Part shown: positions 9,926 to 23,000 of the stretch, piece after piece
Layout: every line of letters begins with the position of its first letter
Position numbering within the stretch: position 1 is the stretch's first letter
Assembly: GCA_973895155.1 (NCBI GenBank)
Contig: OZ316898.1
Coordinates: forward strand, 17,102,752-17,166,751
Source: Marsupella aquatica
Taxonomy: Eukaryota > Plantae > Marchantiophyta
DNA length: 64,000 nt
Reading direction: 5' to 3'
Made by a program: the position numbers and the translations under genes
Notes under the pieces: model-generated
Seen by the model: the letters and a program-made list of their open reading frames with translations, nothing else
The model's database searches: none
What the model was told of the DNA's origin: nothing

Positions 9926-12900
9926 TTAGTGTTTAACATTCTTGTAATATAATTATAATGAATTTTAGCTTGATATTATCACCAATAAGAGCTATTATTA
10001 ATTTAAAATCAAACCATGATGAATGATGAACTACACCTTGGGGGAACCACTGAGTAATGATGGTTGTCATGCAAACATCAGGAAATTGGGGTGCTAGTTC
10101 TTTGTTGTGTAATCATTGTTGAAAAAACCTGTGCGGGGTACGACAATGAAACAATGTTGTAACCTTGTGCTTATCACGCTTACACAAGCGCCTCATTTTA
10201 ATTTCCCCTACACTGAAGCCACAAGTCTAAATCTACATGGATGATAAGTTATTTTCTTCCTTGTGAGCTGTCGCTTGTGTTAGTCATTGTCTCAGATGAT
10301 TCTAAGAAGAGCTTGCATTAAAGGACATGTACTAATTCAATTTTACTGTCACATTTGAGCTTGTTCAGCCATAAGCTAATCCTACTTTAGCTCCCTCTCC
10401 CAGGTGACTCTTGTGAATGTGCGCTGCTATTTTTTATAAGTACCAACTTCAGAACCTTCCTTTTCCCATTCTTCCTCACTTCCAGTGGCATGACCTCGTG
10501 TTTCATCAATTACCTTCCCAAGACCAGCTATCTTTGAGTCCATGTATGAATATTGGAATTCTGGAGCACACCACCTTGTGCCTTCAGCATCTGACAATGT
10601 GCTAATGTACCCCTCCGTCTGCGTCCAGGACTTGCAAACATCTCTACTCCAAGGAAAGTCATTGTGAACCTCTCCATATTTGATGACCCTCATTGTATTC
10701 AATTCATCTCCCCCGGATTTCTTTGAATCCATTACACTCATTTGGGTACCGCCAATTTCCACTTCTCTTAACTCTCTCCCATCAACTCTGAAGCTGTCCT
10801 TGAATTCCACCTGACTAGTGGCTCCCGTCTCTTCTTCACGCACTCTAGCAGAAGCCCTCTCTCTTAATGGTCCATACACCACCACGTTATCCCTTGTGCA
10901 GTCCTAAAGTTCAACTGGGTGAGCACTCACTTGAGTGAAATCTCAATGAACAAGAAAGAGCATGGACGCTGCTCACGAGGCTGATATTGGATGGAATTCA
11001 CCATGCATCTTATGAGTCCTCTAACTTGTGAGGACTGGCATTAACAAGAGTTAACCATGGTTGGTGAGGGGGCCTGTCAAGTGAAGCGGGGTCTCATCAT
11101 TTTGAACTGATCTCTTCAGTGAAGAGGATCACTAGAAACATAATTGCGTGCAAGTCTTGTTCAATGACAAAAAACCATGCAAAATTGAATTAATCTTTTC
11201 TAGATGGCATCTTTCGCAAACCTTAGATCTTTCCTAGATGACATCGTCCATTATCTTAACTTCAGAGTATAGGCACTCTTGAAAGGGACTTTCACCAGAT
11301 TTTGTGTACTCTGTTGACAAGGGGCAAATCTCCACAACTGCCAGACAAGTTGGACAAAGAGTGCGCTTTGCACAATTCTTAGGAGTGAGAACAGAATAGC
11401 ATGGGCACTGAAGAATGTAACTAATTGGCTAGTAGAATAGAATGCACACCAAACTGATGGGACAACACCGAGGCTCCAAGTGTCCAAAAGAGTACAAGAA
11501 CAATGAAAGAGAATTGCAAGAAAAAGTCCCTTAATCCGTGAATTGCAAAGACAAGTCCCTGATCTAGAGGACAAGTCTCTTGTCACTCCAGTCACTCAAC
11601 AAAGGATCTGATGCATCTATATGATTGACTCAACACCCGAACATCAAGTAGAGAGAAGGATGGCCCTGGCACTCCCTCACAGAGTTTGAAGTGTTTGACA
11701 ATGTCAAGCTTGCGCTTGAAAAATCCTGTCCTAGCATCGTCTCATGTGCTGATCGACATTCTTGCACTGGTAGAGCCTAATTCAGTTGCATGTTGTGACA
11801 AAGTGTTGTCAAAGACTATTTTACTTGGAGATTTATGAGTTCATCGTTCTCCAATGATTGATTGCACGTGAATGTAGTCTATTCAGGCACTAATCTGAGT
11901 GGTTTTCAAATCTTGGAGGTTACAGGTATTAACAATAAAGCCTGGTATGTGATATGAGGTGCCTTCTCTTGGTGTTGTGATATGCTCAGCAAGATATATA
12001 TTGAGGTGTTCTCCTAGTCGTTCTTACTCAGTGCTCTTTTGGCAATTTCAGTGGAGAGTGACGCACCTACAAAACAAAGAGCAACAACGGCATTGCTCAA
12101 AGTGTAAGTAAAGTTGTTAAAGATTGATGCAAAGACCTGGAAAGTCCCAGCATTGGAAATTGTTGCAACGTGCAAGCTCTTGGATAAGGCAAAGATCAAT
12201 CCAACAGATTTTCTTCACCTTGTTGTGAGTACAAAATCCCTGGCTGTACATGGTTACTGGTCTTCACCTACAACAAACAAGAGGTATTTTGTGTCTTAGT
12301 TTCCTTTCGCTCCTCTGCTTGTATAGTACTCCAAGTGATTGGAGTTATCGTATCTTTATTTCAACTTATGGACAGATTGGAGAGCAATATCACACATTTC
12401 AGTGCGTTTTGCCTATGTTATTCATTACATATTTTAGTGTTAGTGTGCAATTTGATACATATTTTGTTGGTTGTATAATTGACTCAAGCAGGCAGGCAGA
12501 TGTTACAACTAAGTGCATTTGATTTGTCTTCACTATGATAGCTTGAAGAAGCAAGACCCCGAGCAAGACTTGATTGAGTATCAATGCATGCTTGCTAACA
12601 TGTAGAAGATCCAAACAAGTGTCCCGTGGAAAGTGGCAGAGCTTCCACGACATTGTAGATGGGAGTGTGTAACTTCAAAAGTGTTGACTGATGTGGTGAG
12701 TTTGTTGTTGATTGGAAGTGATGTTCACTGCACTATGTACCCTACTGAACTTAATCTGGTGCATCAAATTTTGGAGGCATTTGGCATTTCCATGGAACAG
12801 CAGAACGAGGTGGAACAGTTTTTTGTAGAGTGGGGAAAGGGAGGATGGATGAAGATGTCCGGACGCCCTTTGAATTCTAGCAGCATGCATAATCATAATG

Positions 12901-13207
12901 CACATAAATGGTGAACTAGCTCCTTTAACGTACCTTGCCTGTGGACTTCTCAACCCCTTGGATGTGCCTGCTCATTCTTCCATTGTGCTACCAATTCATC
13001 ATTTTCTCAGGTGTTTTAAGGGTTTTTTCAGTTTTCTGTTGGATGTTTTGTTCATATCTACGATTTCCTGTGTTCATTGTTCTATTGATGTTGTCTCTCA
13101 TTTGTTTCAAGTCCTTCATATCATTCATTCCTAATCTCTTACTTCTTGTCGCCTATTATGGTCTATTCACTCTTTTCGTACATCTGCTACCAAGGTTGCA
13201 TAGCTCC

Positions 13208-13246
<39 letters not shown>
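13208..13246. repeat. (TA)n microsatellite
   Basis: About 18 TA units. Confidence 0.95.
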
Positions 13247-13248
<2 letters not shown>

Positions 13249-13469
13249 TCCCGAGAGAAAGGCTTTCTTGCAGGCTTGATCATCACTTAGACTCTCCCCA
13301 CTCAATCACTAAGAGTAGTTGCTGCTTGATTGCTTGCTCCTCCCCTAGCGCTCCCTTTCTTTGATTTCATTGCTAACAGCTTCACTTTTTGTTTGTTCGG
13401 CCGAAACCTCATACTCGTCAAGTTTTTTCGTAAGAAACTCTTGTTGGGATCTCCAACTTGCTTTTTAAT

Positions 13470-13695
13470 AATTACTTTTGTTCAAGCCATGTAGTAACAA
13501 GTCCTTTTGCAATGACTAACTTCCTTTACAATGGCTCAAGCTAGCTCTTTGATGATTACTTTTACTCAAGCAATGTAGTACCAAGTCCTTTTGCAATGAC
13601 TAACTACTTTAGCAATGGCTCCAGCTCGCTCCTTTAAAAGTACTTTTATTCAAGCCATGTACTAACAAGTCTATTTGAAATGACTAACTCCTTTT
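13470..13695. repeat. 84-bp tandem repeat, about 2.7 copies
   Basis: tactttt-n-tcaagc-n-atgtagta-n-caagtccttttgcaatgactaact recurs at about 13472, 13556 and 13640. Confidence 0.9.
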
Positions 13696-15371
13696 ACTAT
13701 GGTTGTTTCTTCTGTTTTAAAGGTGTTAAGAGAAGAGTTCTACACTCAACTATGCTTACCAAAGCCTCGTGACGGAGACAATGAGAAAATGAATGAGTGG
13801 AAAAGTGACTTGGCAAAACAGAAATGCATGTAGGATTGGAGGGTGGATGTGGATGGTGATGCTTATGACCCATGGGGTGCTCATGCTATTCACCATAGCA
13901 TAGCGCGGGTTCTAAGTGGCATTAGATACGACAAAGCGAAACCGGTTTCCACAAGCATTGGACAAGCAGGATTTTTTCTTTATAATGTAAGTAAAATTTG
14001 TCCCTAAAAGTTATTTATTGTTACAAGTTCTTACAAATCATCCCAGTGATACTTACATTAATTGTGGTTTGCTTTGCAGTTTGAGCTTGCCATTGATGGC
14101 CAAGTGATGGAGGCCTCTCGAATGAACCTCCATCATATAGGCATGCAGGAGATGGAGGAGAGGGTCAAGAAGGTTCAGAGGGATATGAAGAGACTACTTA
14201 TTTTGGTAGATTAGTTGAGTGGAGACTCAGTGAGATACTACACATGACATAGTGGATTATATCTTGTAGATTCTTGAATTAACACTTTTCTTTTTCGCAC
14301 CCTTTATTGGGATGCTTTGCCATTGGGACCATGTCTCCCACTTTGGCTTTACATTTTGGTCTCACTAATTGAGGTGTTCGCCTCAAGTATCACACTGTGA
14401 GAATCCATGGATAAAAATGAGACTCAAGTGGACTCTCAATAGAAAGTAAATAGTGTAACTTAACAAACTTAGTGTGATTTGGGTTTAAAAAACATGTTTA
14501 CACAAATTAGTGTGAGTCACTCTAGTTTATTTTTTATTTAAGGGAAATCTGTGAAACCTCATAAAAGGGAATAGTCAGTCACAACATTTGAACACTAGAG
14601 TAGACCTATGAGTCTCAACTCAAGCGAAGTACCACACACCCATGCCTTTGTGGACTAAGTCACTCTAGTTTGGTGTCACTAATTATCTAGTCACACTATT
14701 TATGGTGGACAATGTAATTAAGGACAGAAAAAAGTATGGACTACCAAATTAGTAGTCAATAACTTTTTGCCATAAAGATTGGTCTTATGTCATGACCATA
14801 AGTCACTTTAGAGGCTAGTAAAGCTAAATATTTTCTTCTACAAATAACCATGTGCAAAAAAACTATGGCCATTTTTACGGCCAAAAACCATCATTTGCCA
14901 CTTTGAAGCTTTGAGACTCCTATCGCATAGTAAACTCATATCCAAAATGGGAAAAATGGCATCCATCTTCTTTGCCAGAGACTAAGAATGAAAGCTCTGG
15001 AGGGAGCTAGTTTTGAACCTGTCTCCTGTTCTGCAGCCTGTCTATTCTTCTTAGGAGTTGCAAGCTTAGATGGATTTCCATCCAAACTACCCTTATCCGT
15101 CCCTTGAACATAAACAGAGATGAGGAGGATAAAATTGTTGCACCATAAATGATTACAAGCAATGATTGTTCATCTTTGCGCCCATACCTAATTTTTGTTT
15201 GCACCCTCACTTTGCAAGACTCTGGCCCAATTTAGACCATGTAATGAGTGAAAAGGGCTATGTTGGCATTACAAGAATTGGTGGCCCCCCATATACTGTC
15301 TACCCGTCTAAAACTATGATAAGGGACCCCGCCTTTTTCCGTCCTTCGTCCCAAACACAAAAACCCTCCTC

Positions 15372-16232
15372 GGCGGGAAAGATCCACAGCTGTTGGATTT
15401 GTTTGACTGTTTTCCCTAATCATTGATGGCGAAAATGGGCACCCCTAGCGCACATGTGCTTCCCCAGGCTGCTCCATAAATGCCCCGACCCGACTCCCTA
15501 TGGGCCGGCCCTCCTTGCACCGGCATGGGCATAGGGCTCGTCCTACATGACAAGCAATGGGCTCTATGAAATGTTGGTCTGCATGACAAGCAATGGGCCC
15601 TATGAAATGTTGGTGTGGAGGGCTTGCTTGTATGTAATTTACAAGTGTTACAGTGTATTTACAGGAGAATGAACGATTTCCCGCGCTTTTGAGTCCTTCG
15701 TGAATCAAATCGACTCATCGAACACGATCACGAAATCTGTGAATCCACTCGAATATCAAAAATCGAGTGACTCAAATTCGATTCATGGAGTACGATCACG
15801 AAGTGCCATAGGGCCGACATCGGTCGTGGGTTTTGCTCTGCAAGGGTGGAAACCTCTCGTGTTGTAGTTTCTGTTGCATTTCTTTCTTCGGAGGTCTCTG
15901 TTGTCTTTATGGACAGTGTTGCACTTCATTCTCCCGAGGTCTCTGTGGTCTCTATGGCGAGAGCGAACCTGTGGAGGCGCTGATCGAAGGTCAGCAATTA
16001 TCTCTCCTGAAAATTATCGTCCCTCTCCACTCCCCTTTCCTCCCATCCTCTGTGAACCGGACTTCATGCTGAGAATCTAGTTGATTGAGGTAGAGAGGAA
16101 TTCGAATTCGGATGAGAGACCTAGTGGAATCTTATTATGCAGTGGGGACAGATTCGCGCGATTCACTTGACTCCTTCTTCTTCTTCTGTCCCTAGTACCG
16201 TCGAGAGCCGGTGAACACCAGAATGCGGGAAA
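15372..16232 (+). promoter_or_regulatory. Presumptive promoter of the WD40 gene with three E2F sites and site II (TGGGCY) motifs
   Basis: GGCGGGAAA at 15372-15380, TTTCCCGC at 15677-15684 and GCGGGAAA at 16225-16232 (E2F consensus TTTSSCGS on either strand). TGGGCC/T at about 15500, 15558 and 15594. Confidence 0.5.
15546..15614. repeat. 36-bp tandem duplication
   Basis: catgacaagcaatgggc(t/c)ctatgaaatgttggt occurs twice and duplicates a site II motif. Confidence 0.9.
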
Positions 16233-17097
16233 AACGCCAGATGACCTTCTGAGGGGTTTTGTTTGTTTTGGAAATAGTTGGTGATGGTTAACTGAGGCTT
16301 TCATGGGTTGCATCGTCTGCTGCTGGCAGTGATGTGAGGCAGAGAGTCAGCCTGATCATTTGTCATTCTTAGCTGAATTCTGGATTGAACGGTGTGACTA
16401 TTGTTTTAGCAGCATCAAGTGACGCCACTTGGATTCGAAGGTCCTCTGCCAGTTCCTGCTGTAGGAGTATGTTCTCTCGCATTCTTCCATTCTGTTGTGG
16501 TGATGTTGAAGATAATAAGTATGCTGAATTGTTTCTTTCTTTCTTTCTTACCTTTGAGAATGTGTATGAACTTGCTCATTCTCACGGAGCTCGAGAAATG
16601 CCCATTCAATTGCAGCTTGGGATAGGCTGGGGTGATGCGTATGGGTGCTTGAAAGGGTCCAGCATTGTCATTCATTACTTATCTATATTCGACCGATCTA
16701 CTCTCTTAGCACTTGGTTTTCCAGCTTTGAGTCTTTGCTGCCAACCACTACTAACGTTGGCATCATCTGTGAGTTTGGTACTTGAAAGTAGTATTTTGAT
16801 CGCTTAGGATAAGCATCTCGCCTTCTCAATTGCGTGTCGCATGGTGGCCCATCTCGACCAGTGGACTTCACTATTGATTCAGTGATTCGCTCGTTCATTC
16901 ATGTTGTCTCCTTCTCACCATTGTGCACACTAATGTATTGCTCTCAGAGAACTTGAGGAGTACGTTGGTGCATCCAAAGCTTAAACGATGCAGCATGAGG
17001 ATTTCTCAGAATGTAGTAAGGAGTCGTGTGATGATCAAACCAAGGAGGATGTGAATTGAAGCATTTATTCCATATAGCAGAAGCAGGGGCGGAAGTT

Positions 17098-20000
17098 ATG
17101 GACAAATTTGTGATTCGTGTGAAGGACCCTTCGGATCTTCCCGGTGACCATCAACCACTTCTAAGGTAGGGCATTCCTGCTGTCTTCATCTCTGGCTGGC
17201 AATCGGGCAGCTCCTTGATTGATTTGGTTGGCTACACTAAAGAGGTTGGAGCTACTCATCCACCTTGTGCTAATGTAGATCGTTCGGCGAGCGATGTTTT
17301 GGGTGTCCAGTTAATCCTCTATCTCCTGCGTGAACAAGGTCATAAATTCAGTGGAAGTCCTGCTATTTGACATATAAGTCAGTGACGGATGTTGATATGC
17401 TGAAGAAGCCGCCCGATTCTGCCATCTATATAATGATTCACATTAAGATTTCGTCTCTGCACACTGCTCATGGCACCAAATTTGTAGCCCAAACAGAATA
17501 CTCCCACTCATTAGGTTTTGGATTCACTTATTTTTTATTCTTGTTACCAACTTCTGAATTCAATCAGCTCTACACTCAAAAAACCGTCGAGCAAGAAAAG
17601 TTCGCTGCTATCTTCCTACGAGATTCATGGCAGAGTTTTACCGGTGTACAAGCGGTCTCTCCTCAAGCTCATGCTGGGGTCTTATTCAGAGGCACGTTCC
17701 ACTTCCATTCTGTACCTGTGCTTTTTCTCTTGCCTTCTTCAAGTAAGCTACTGATTATGAAGATGAAATTAGGAAGGGATTGTCATAACAAACCAGGTGA
17801 CCACTCCAGTGGTCCAATACAATTGGTGAGACACTTTTCACCGCATTCCTCAAAACCTGTGGGTGTCGCAGATTGGAAGCTTTCTGCAGAGGATTCCTAC
17901 GAGCGAATTGTCTCGACATGCCAGACATGTAAGATTCTCACAAATTGTTGTCAAGTAAATATGGGCCTATGCTCATCGGTTAGTTTAGCTCATATTCCCA
18001 AGCCGAGAGAAAGAGCTCCTAATGCAGCTTGACATAGAAACAAGACAAGTGTAGATTAAATGAAAGGGATGCTTTGCTCACTCCAGCGATTGGTCCAAAA
18101 TTTGGACCGTGGAGTGACTTTGAATGATGACCGAGATCATTATGGCGAACTCGCTAAAATCTGCAGTTTAACAATCGTAACGACAATTTGATTAAAAGTA
18201 GTCAATAACCCCATGAGAGAAATAAAATGAACGAGTCTTGAATTCCAAGATGCAGAGATACGATAAACGACTCCCTTGGAAAGTCCGAAAGCCATTGTTG
18301 CATGCGTATATTATAACTGGTCCTTAATTGTTATTTTAGAACTGAAATTTGGGTGTGTTGAATTTGGAGCATGCCCAAAATCAGGCTCTTGTCACCACAA
18401 AACGAGTGAACGATACACAGCGGAGAGACCAAGAATTATCGAAGGATGGAGTCATCTCCACTTTGATGTCTGCTGGATGAAGAATGCTCTCCCAAAGATG
18501 CTCAACAAGAGCCCTGGACTCCTCACTTAAGGACTTCATTGTCGACTGCTCAGACGCAGATCCGTTCTGATAACAGAGTCTGGTGTTCTTACTGTAGTAG
18601 TAGTTACTCTCTTGGTTCCCAACCTTCTGACTTGCCATGTAGTCATGGACTTGGGTAACCTTCGCCTTTGTTGCGTCGTGTGCAAATCATCCCCTTTCGT
18701 CTCCGAAGAATTTCGATTCCAGCGGTTCTGATGAAGTCTAATTGAACTAAATTACTCCAGAGAAGTGGATTTTGCGCTCTCGAGGACAGTCACTTTTCGC
18801 CTGTCTGGCTTTAGTTTTAAATATGTAGACTTCTCGTATTGTTTATTTAAAACTGTCGTTTGCCCACAGGTTGATGTTGCTGTCATGCGGAGTGCGGAGT
18901 CTGATCCTTTTGGTCGATATGATACGCCAGCTGCAGGGTCACGTTTCATGAATTACACAAAAAGGTGAGTTTGAACGAGTAACTTGCTGCTCTTGAGTAG
19001 GACGCGATCACACCTTTATGAGCCACCCGCACAAACTCGCTTTAGTGTCCTACTAGGGACCACCTTTGAGCTCTACCGCAGATTTCGGATTCATGTGCAG
19101 CCTGTGGACCCTTGGGCAGTGCAATCATCGCATGTAGTCCCATTACCATGATCAAGCTTTGTTCCCTCGTTTTTTTGGATCTCTCCCGAACCTGCAAGAT
19201 CTATGCTGGTAACAAGTGAGCGTTTCCATTTCTCCATACAAACTCCGTCTAGAGACCACCTCGTTTAAGCATATTGCTGGCACGTATTGAAAATTTCAAT
19301 TTCTGCTCAATTATTCGTATTGTCTTTAAGGGATGTGTCAATGTCTCTGTCCGTGCAGACCGTATGTCTCTTGCATCGATTTTGACTCAAAGGTGGGTCC
19401 TAGTGACATTTGGGCATTCAGACCGCATTCTCTGTCTTGTCTGCAGTAGATGCCCCAACTCTACTAGCTTTCTTATTGATTTCTCTGTGCTATTCCTTCC
19501 ATAAGAGTGTTTGATAGTAGTGATGCTCTTTACTTCGGGCGTTATATCATCAGACTTTGCCTCCTGTCGTCTAGATGCCGTTTCACCTTTGAAGTCTTAA
19601 CAACCACGACTGGTTCTAATCGAGTGTGTTCTTGTAAGGTAGATGCCTCGATTCGGAGTTTGCCTGATCTAACTTGGAATGGCAACGAGCAGGGCATTTA
19701 CTTAGCTTCAGTGAACAACACAGGCTGTCTGACCGTCCATGAATACGAGACACTGTACTGCAGTGCCGCAAGTGGTGAGTCCCGTGTCATTAGTAGCCGT
19801 GCTCTATGTTATGATGGATGTTGCCAGACCTTTCTCCATTAAATTCTCAGGCAAACAGGGTCATAGAGAACACCTTTCCGGATGAATAAGAGTAACAATG
19901 GATTTCCTCGGCAGGATCAAACGAAGAATGTGCCTCCTTTATTCGGTATATCGCAACAGACAAAGTGCTGGAAGCAGTAAGATGGAATCCATTCAATCAA

Positions 20001-23000
20001 GATGAGGTAAGAACTCAGTGATTTCGCAACTTTCCCAATTGCACCCCTAACCAATCAGTAAGTCGCCAGGCTAAATGTTCATCGTCCTAGTTAGTTTCCC
20101 CTCTTTGCATATTCTCGTTTAGTGTGCAAAAAAGTAAGCTGCTTCTCATTGATTCTCAGATCTGTGACTAGAATCTGAAAAGTTCATCTGTACTACCTAT
20201 TCAGCAACAGCTCTAAGATAGTGGCAGTAAAAACATGCTCGTATAGAGCTTAGAGGTCAACTAGATCCTCTATCTTCCAATATAAGTGAGAAGGCTGGCA
20301 AAGTATGGCCGATTAGTAAATAAATTTATAGCATATCTTAGGCATAGGTGTATTGTCCCTAATAATTTCTTAGGTTGCTTAGGAAGGCTTACATACAAAT
20401 TGATCTCCCAGGGTTTGAAATAGAGAGAAGGTAGCATCACTATCTCATTCAGTAAACTCTAACGAACCGTTGGCGTCATACTGAGTTTTGTTGCTGTATG
20501 CCCTTCTACAGGTGGCATGTGTAGCAGCGGGGAGCAATAAAATTTATTTCTATGATATTGCTTGTGATTCTTTTCTTCCTTCAGAGGTGGAGCTCCTAAC
20601 TCGTTAATTTGGCAAGATCCAAGTGTTGGCTCCTATTGCACAGTTTACTGCACTCTACCACTCCACCATTGACATCGCAGTCACTGTCTTGTTAGGTGCT
20701 GAAAGTGAAATCCAATGCCGAAACTATAGGACTGAACGACCTCCTCATCTGTAAAAACGGAAGTTCCAGGTACTCCTCAGCATCTTCTCTTCAATGGCTA
20801 GCAAGTCATATACCATTATTATCCCTATTTGTGTCACAAGTTTACATCAGGGCTGGCAAATCCGCGTTGTTACATCGTCGTCACCTTCACGGAGCATTGT
20901 GGGTCATAGCCTCTTCCATGCTCTTGTTGAGGTCTTATACGTCGAATGTGTCAGATCTACAAGTGTGAGACACGACATCCGAAAGGCAGATGTGTGACTA
21001 GGCTGTATCATATTTGATTTCTGGCATGGCTATCCGTACTGGCTATCAACAGATTAAGTATGTTTATTTCTCCTCTGATGAAGTCCATCGACGTTTGCTT
21101 TGGCAGAGTCTTGGCATGTGGGAAGGATGGTAATATCCACATCTGGGATCGACGAGCCAGTAAATTATCCTATGCAAAACTCCCTGTGACAAGTATTGGT
21201 GGTCCTTTGAATAGTATGCAGCTGTCTAATGATGAGCAGGTATGATTCCGTCCTTTCCTTCAAACTCGTTCGCTTGATTCCTGTTTGTTTTTTCGTTTCC
21301 ATGCAAGCATCATTTCATGGCTCTGCTGTCCACTTGGAAAAACCAATTGCATGCAAGTTTGGAGGCCTTTTGGTCTTTGCGAATTTGTTATGAATCATGA
21401 CTTGCCTGGATCAGAGTTCAGGTTGTGTATGCTGGAAGTGAAGTAGGGCTCATCCATGCCTGGGATTTGCGCGGAGGAAGACGAGCTGCTGCATTTGTGA
21501 CTTGTGGAGAGGTAACCTTGAGTTCTTTTGTTGGATTTTTTTTCGTTTTTCAGCGTTTGTGGATATCCCTTAACTCTCGATTTATGTAGTAATCTGAAGA
21601 CTCTCGATCCTAGTCATACTGTACATATTGAGGAACAACGTGTACAGAAATCAGCGAGACCTCCGTGGCCTGAGACTTCGTTTTCTGTTTAGTTTTGTCA
21701 TCCAGATAGATCCATTTCTGCATGCACTGATTTGAGGGTTAACTTTGCAGGTATATCACCCGCCTTTTGGTGCAGTTAGGCTCTCGACTATGCTGGGCAA
21801 TATTTATAGTTTAAGGGTATGTACCCAGAAATTCCTTGTGTGTTGTTTATTGCTTGCGCAGTCAATGTCGAACATCCGTGTGACGTCTTGGATGTTTCGT
21901 GGCTCTGCAACCTGTGTTTCTTTAACATTTCAAAACTTTCTCATGTCATTGAAGTCGGGAGTTTTGTCGCTCAATTAGGTTCATGTAATACACTTGGCTG
22001 TATCAATTGTCACAATTTACCTACCAAGGCAGGAAAAATTTCGCAATGAGCCGGTGGAAGGCTAAAATAGCTGGACTGCGCAGGCACAGACTGAAGTTGG
22101 AACAAGTGCAGTGCATTCGATTTCTTTAGATTCCTCCTGTGGGCATCGGATTGCTTTCCATCTTAACAATGGATGGTATGCTTCGCTAATGGCATTTGCA
22201 TTTGCTTAGCTTGTTAGGTTTACAACTTAAATGTCTCAGACCTAGATAAGTTAAATGTGTTTTCACGTTTCCGTGGAAATATACCCATTGCCATGGTGAC
22301 ATGTTTAGGTGCAGTTCAGTCTTGGCACATCATTTGGTGTTAGATATAGCAACGCTGCCTGTTTGATGTAACATACAGAACGGTACCCTCCGGGATCCTT
22401 GTCCAGTCTGGAATGTTGGACTTCATCACTATGATTGATTAACATCCGTGTGATTGACTTGACAGGTCAGGAGTGCTTGACTTGGCAACGCTGGATATTA
22501 CTCATCTTCACTGTCCACCTCCTCCTTGGTTGTGAGTAGACATTGACCCTGAGGTTGACCTAAAGAATTTGATTAGATTCTAACTGTTGGCTTCCACAAA
22601 TTTCGGCTATCCTTAGTTGTAGAAGTTGGTCACATATCTTCTTGAGACTCCACTTTCTACCTTTATGATGTTGTACCTCCAATTTCGCTAAACGTCTACC
22701 AGTCAAAACATAGTATTTACCCGATATTGGGAATGTCGGAGTTCGGATTTCCAGGCGTCTATTATTGTTGTCTGTCATCATACGCATGTTTGGGTATCTA
22801 TTTCTCCTCTGATACAAGGTACTCTTCTGATCTAGGATTGTGGTTGTTTGCACAGGGATGGTAAATTAGGCGATACAGCTTCTTTGGACAGTCTAACTGA
22901 ATTTTCAGCAAACTGGGCTACGTGCGTGCCAGACGTTCGACGCAGAAGGCCTGTGTGGATTCCTTCGCATTCGGTTTGTCATCTTGCCCGATACCAATAA

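Larger units (their letters stand above)
10050..14830 (+). mobile_element. Highly decayed transposon-like coding relic, superfamily unresolved
   Basis: Broken protein-like fragments: LCNHC*K at about 10105, VHGYWSSPTTNKRYFV at about 12250, and YDPWGAHAIHHSIARVL...GFFLYN followed by a GT-AG intron and FELAIDGQVME at about 13860-14200. Also internal tandem repeats and an AGTCAC/GACTC motif cluster at 14350-14820. No intact domain or termini recognised. Confidence 0.35.

Noticed and set aside
10427-10885. 152-aa minus-strand ORF
   Set aside because: GTG start and no domain; likely the antisense shadow of the TE relic.
17367-18032. 221-aa plus-strand ORF
   Set aside because: Spans introns 1-2 of the WD40 gene in a different frame, with a non-ATG start and no domain.
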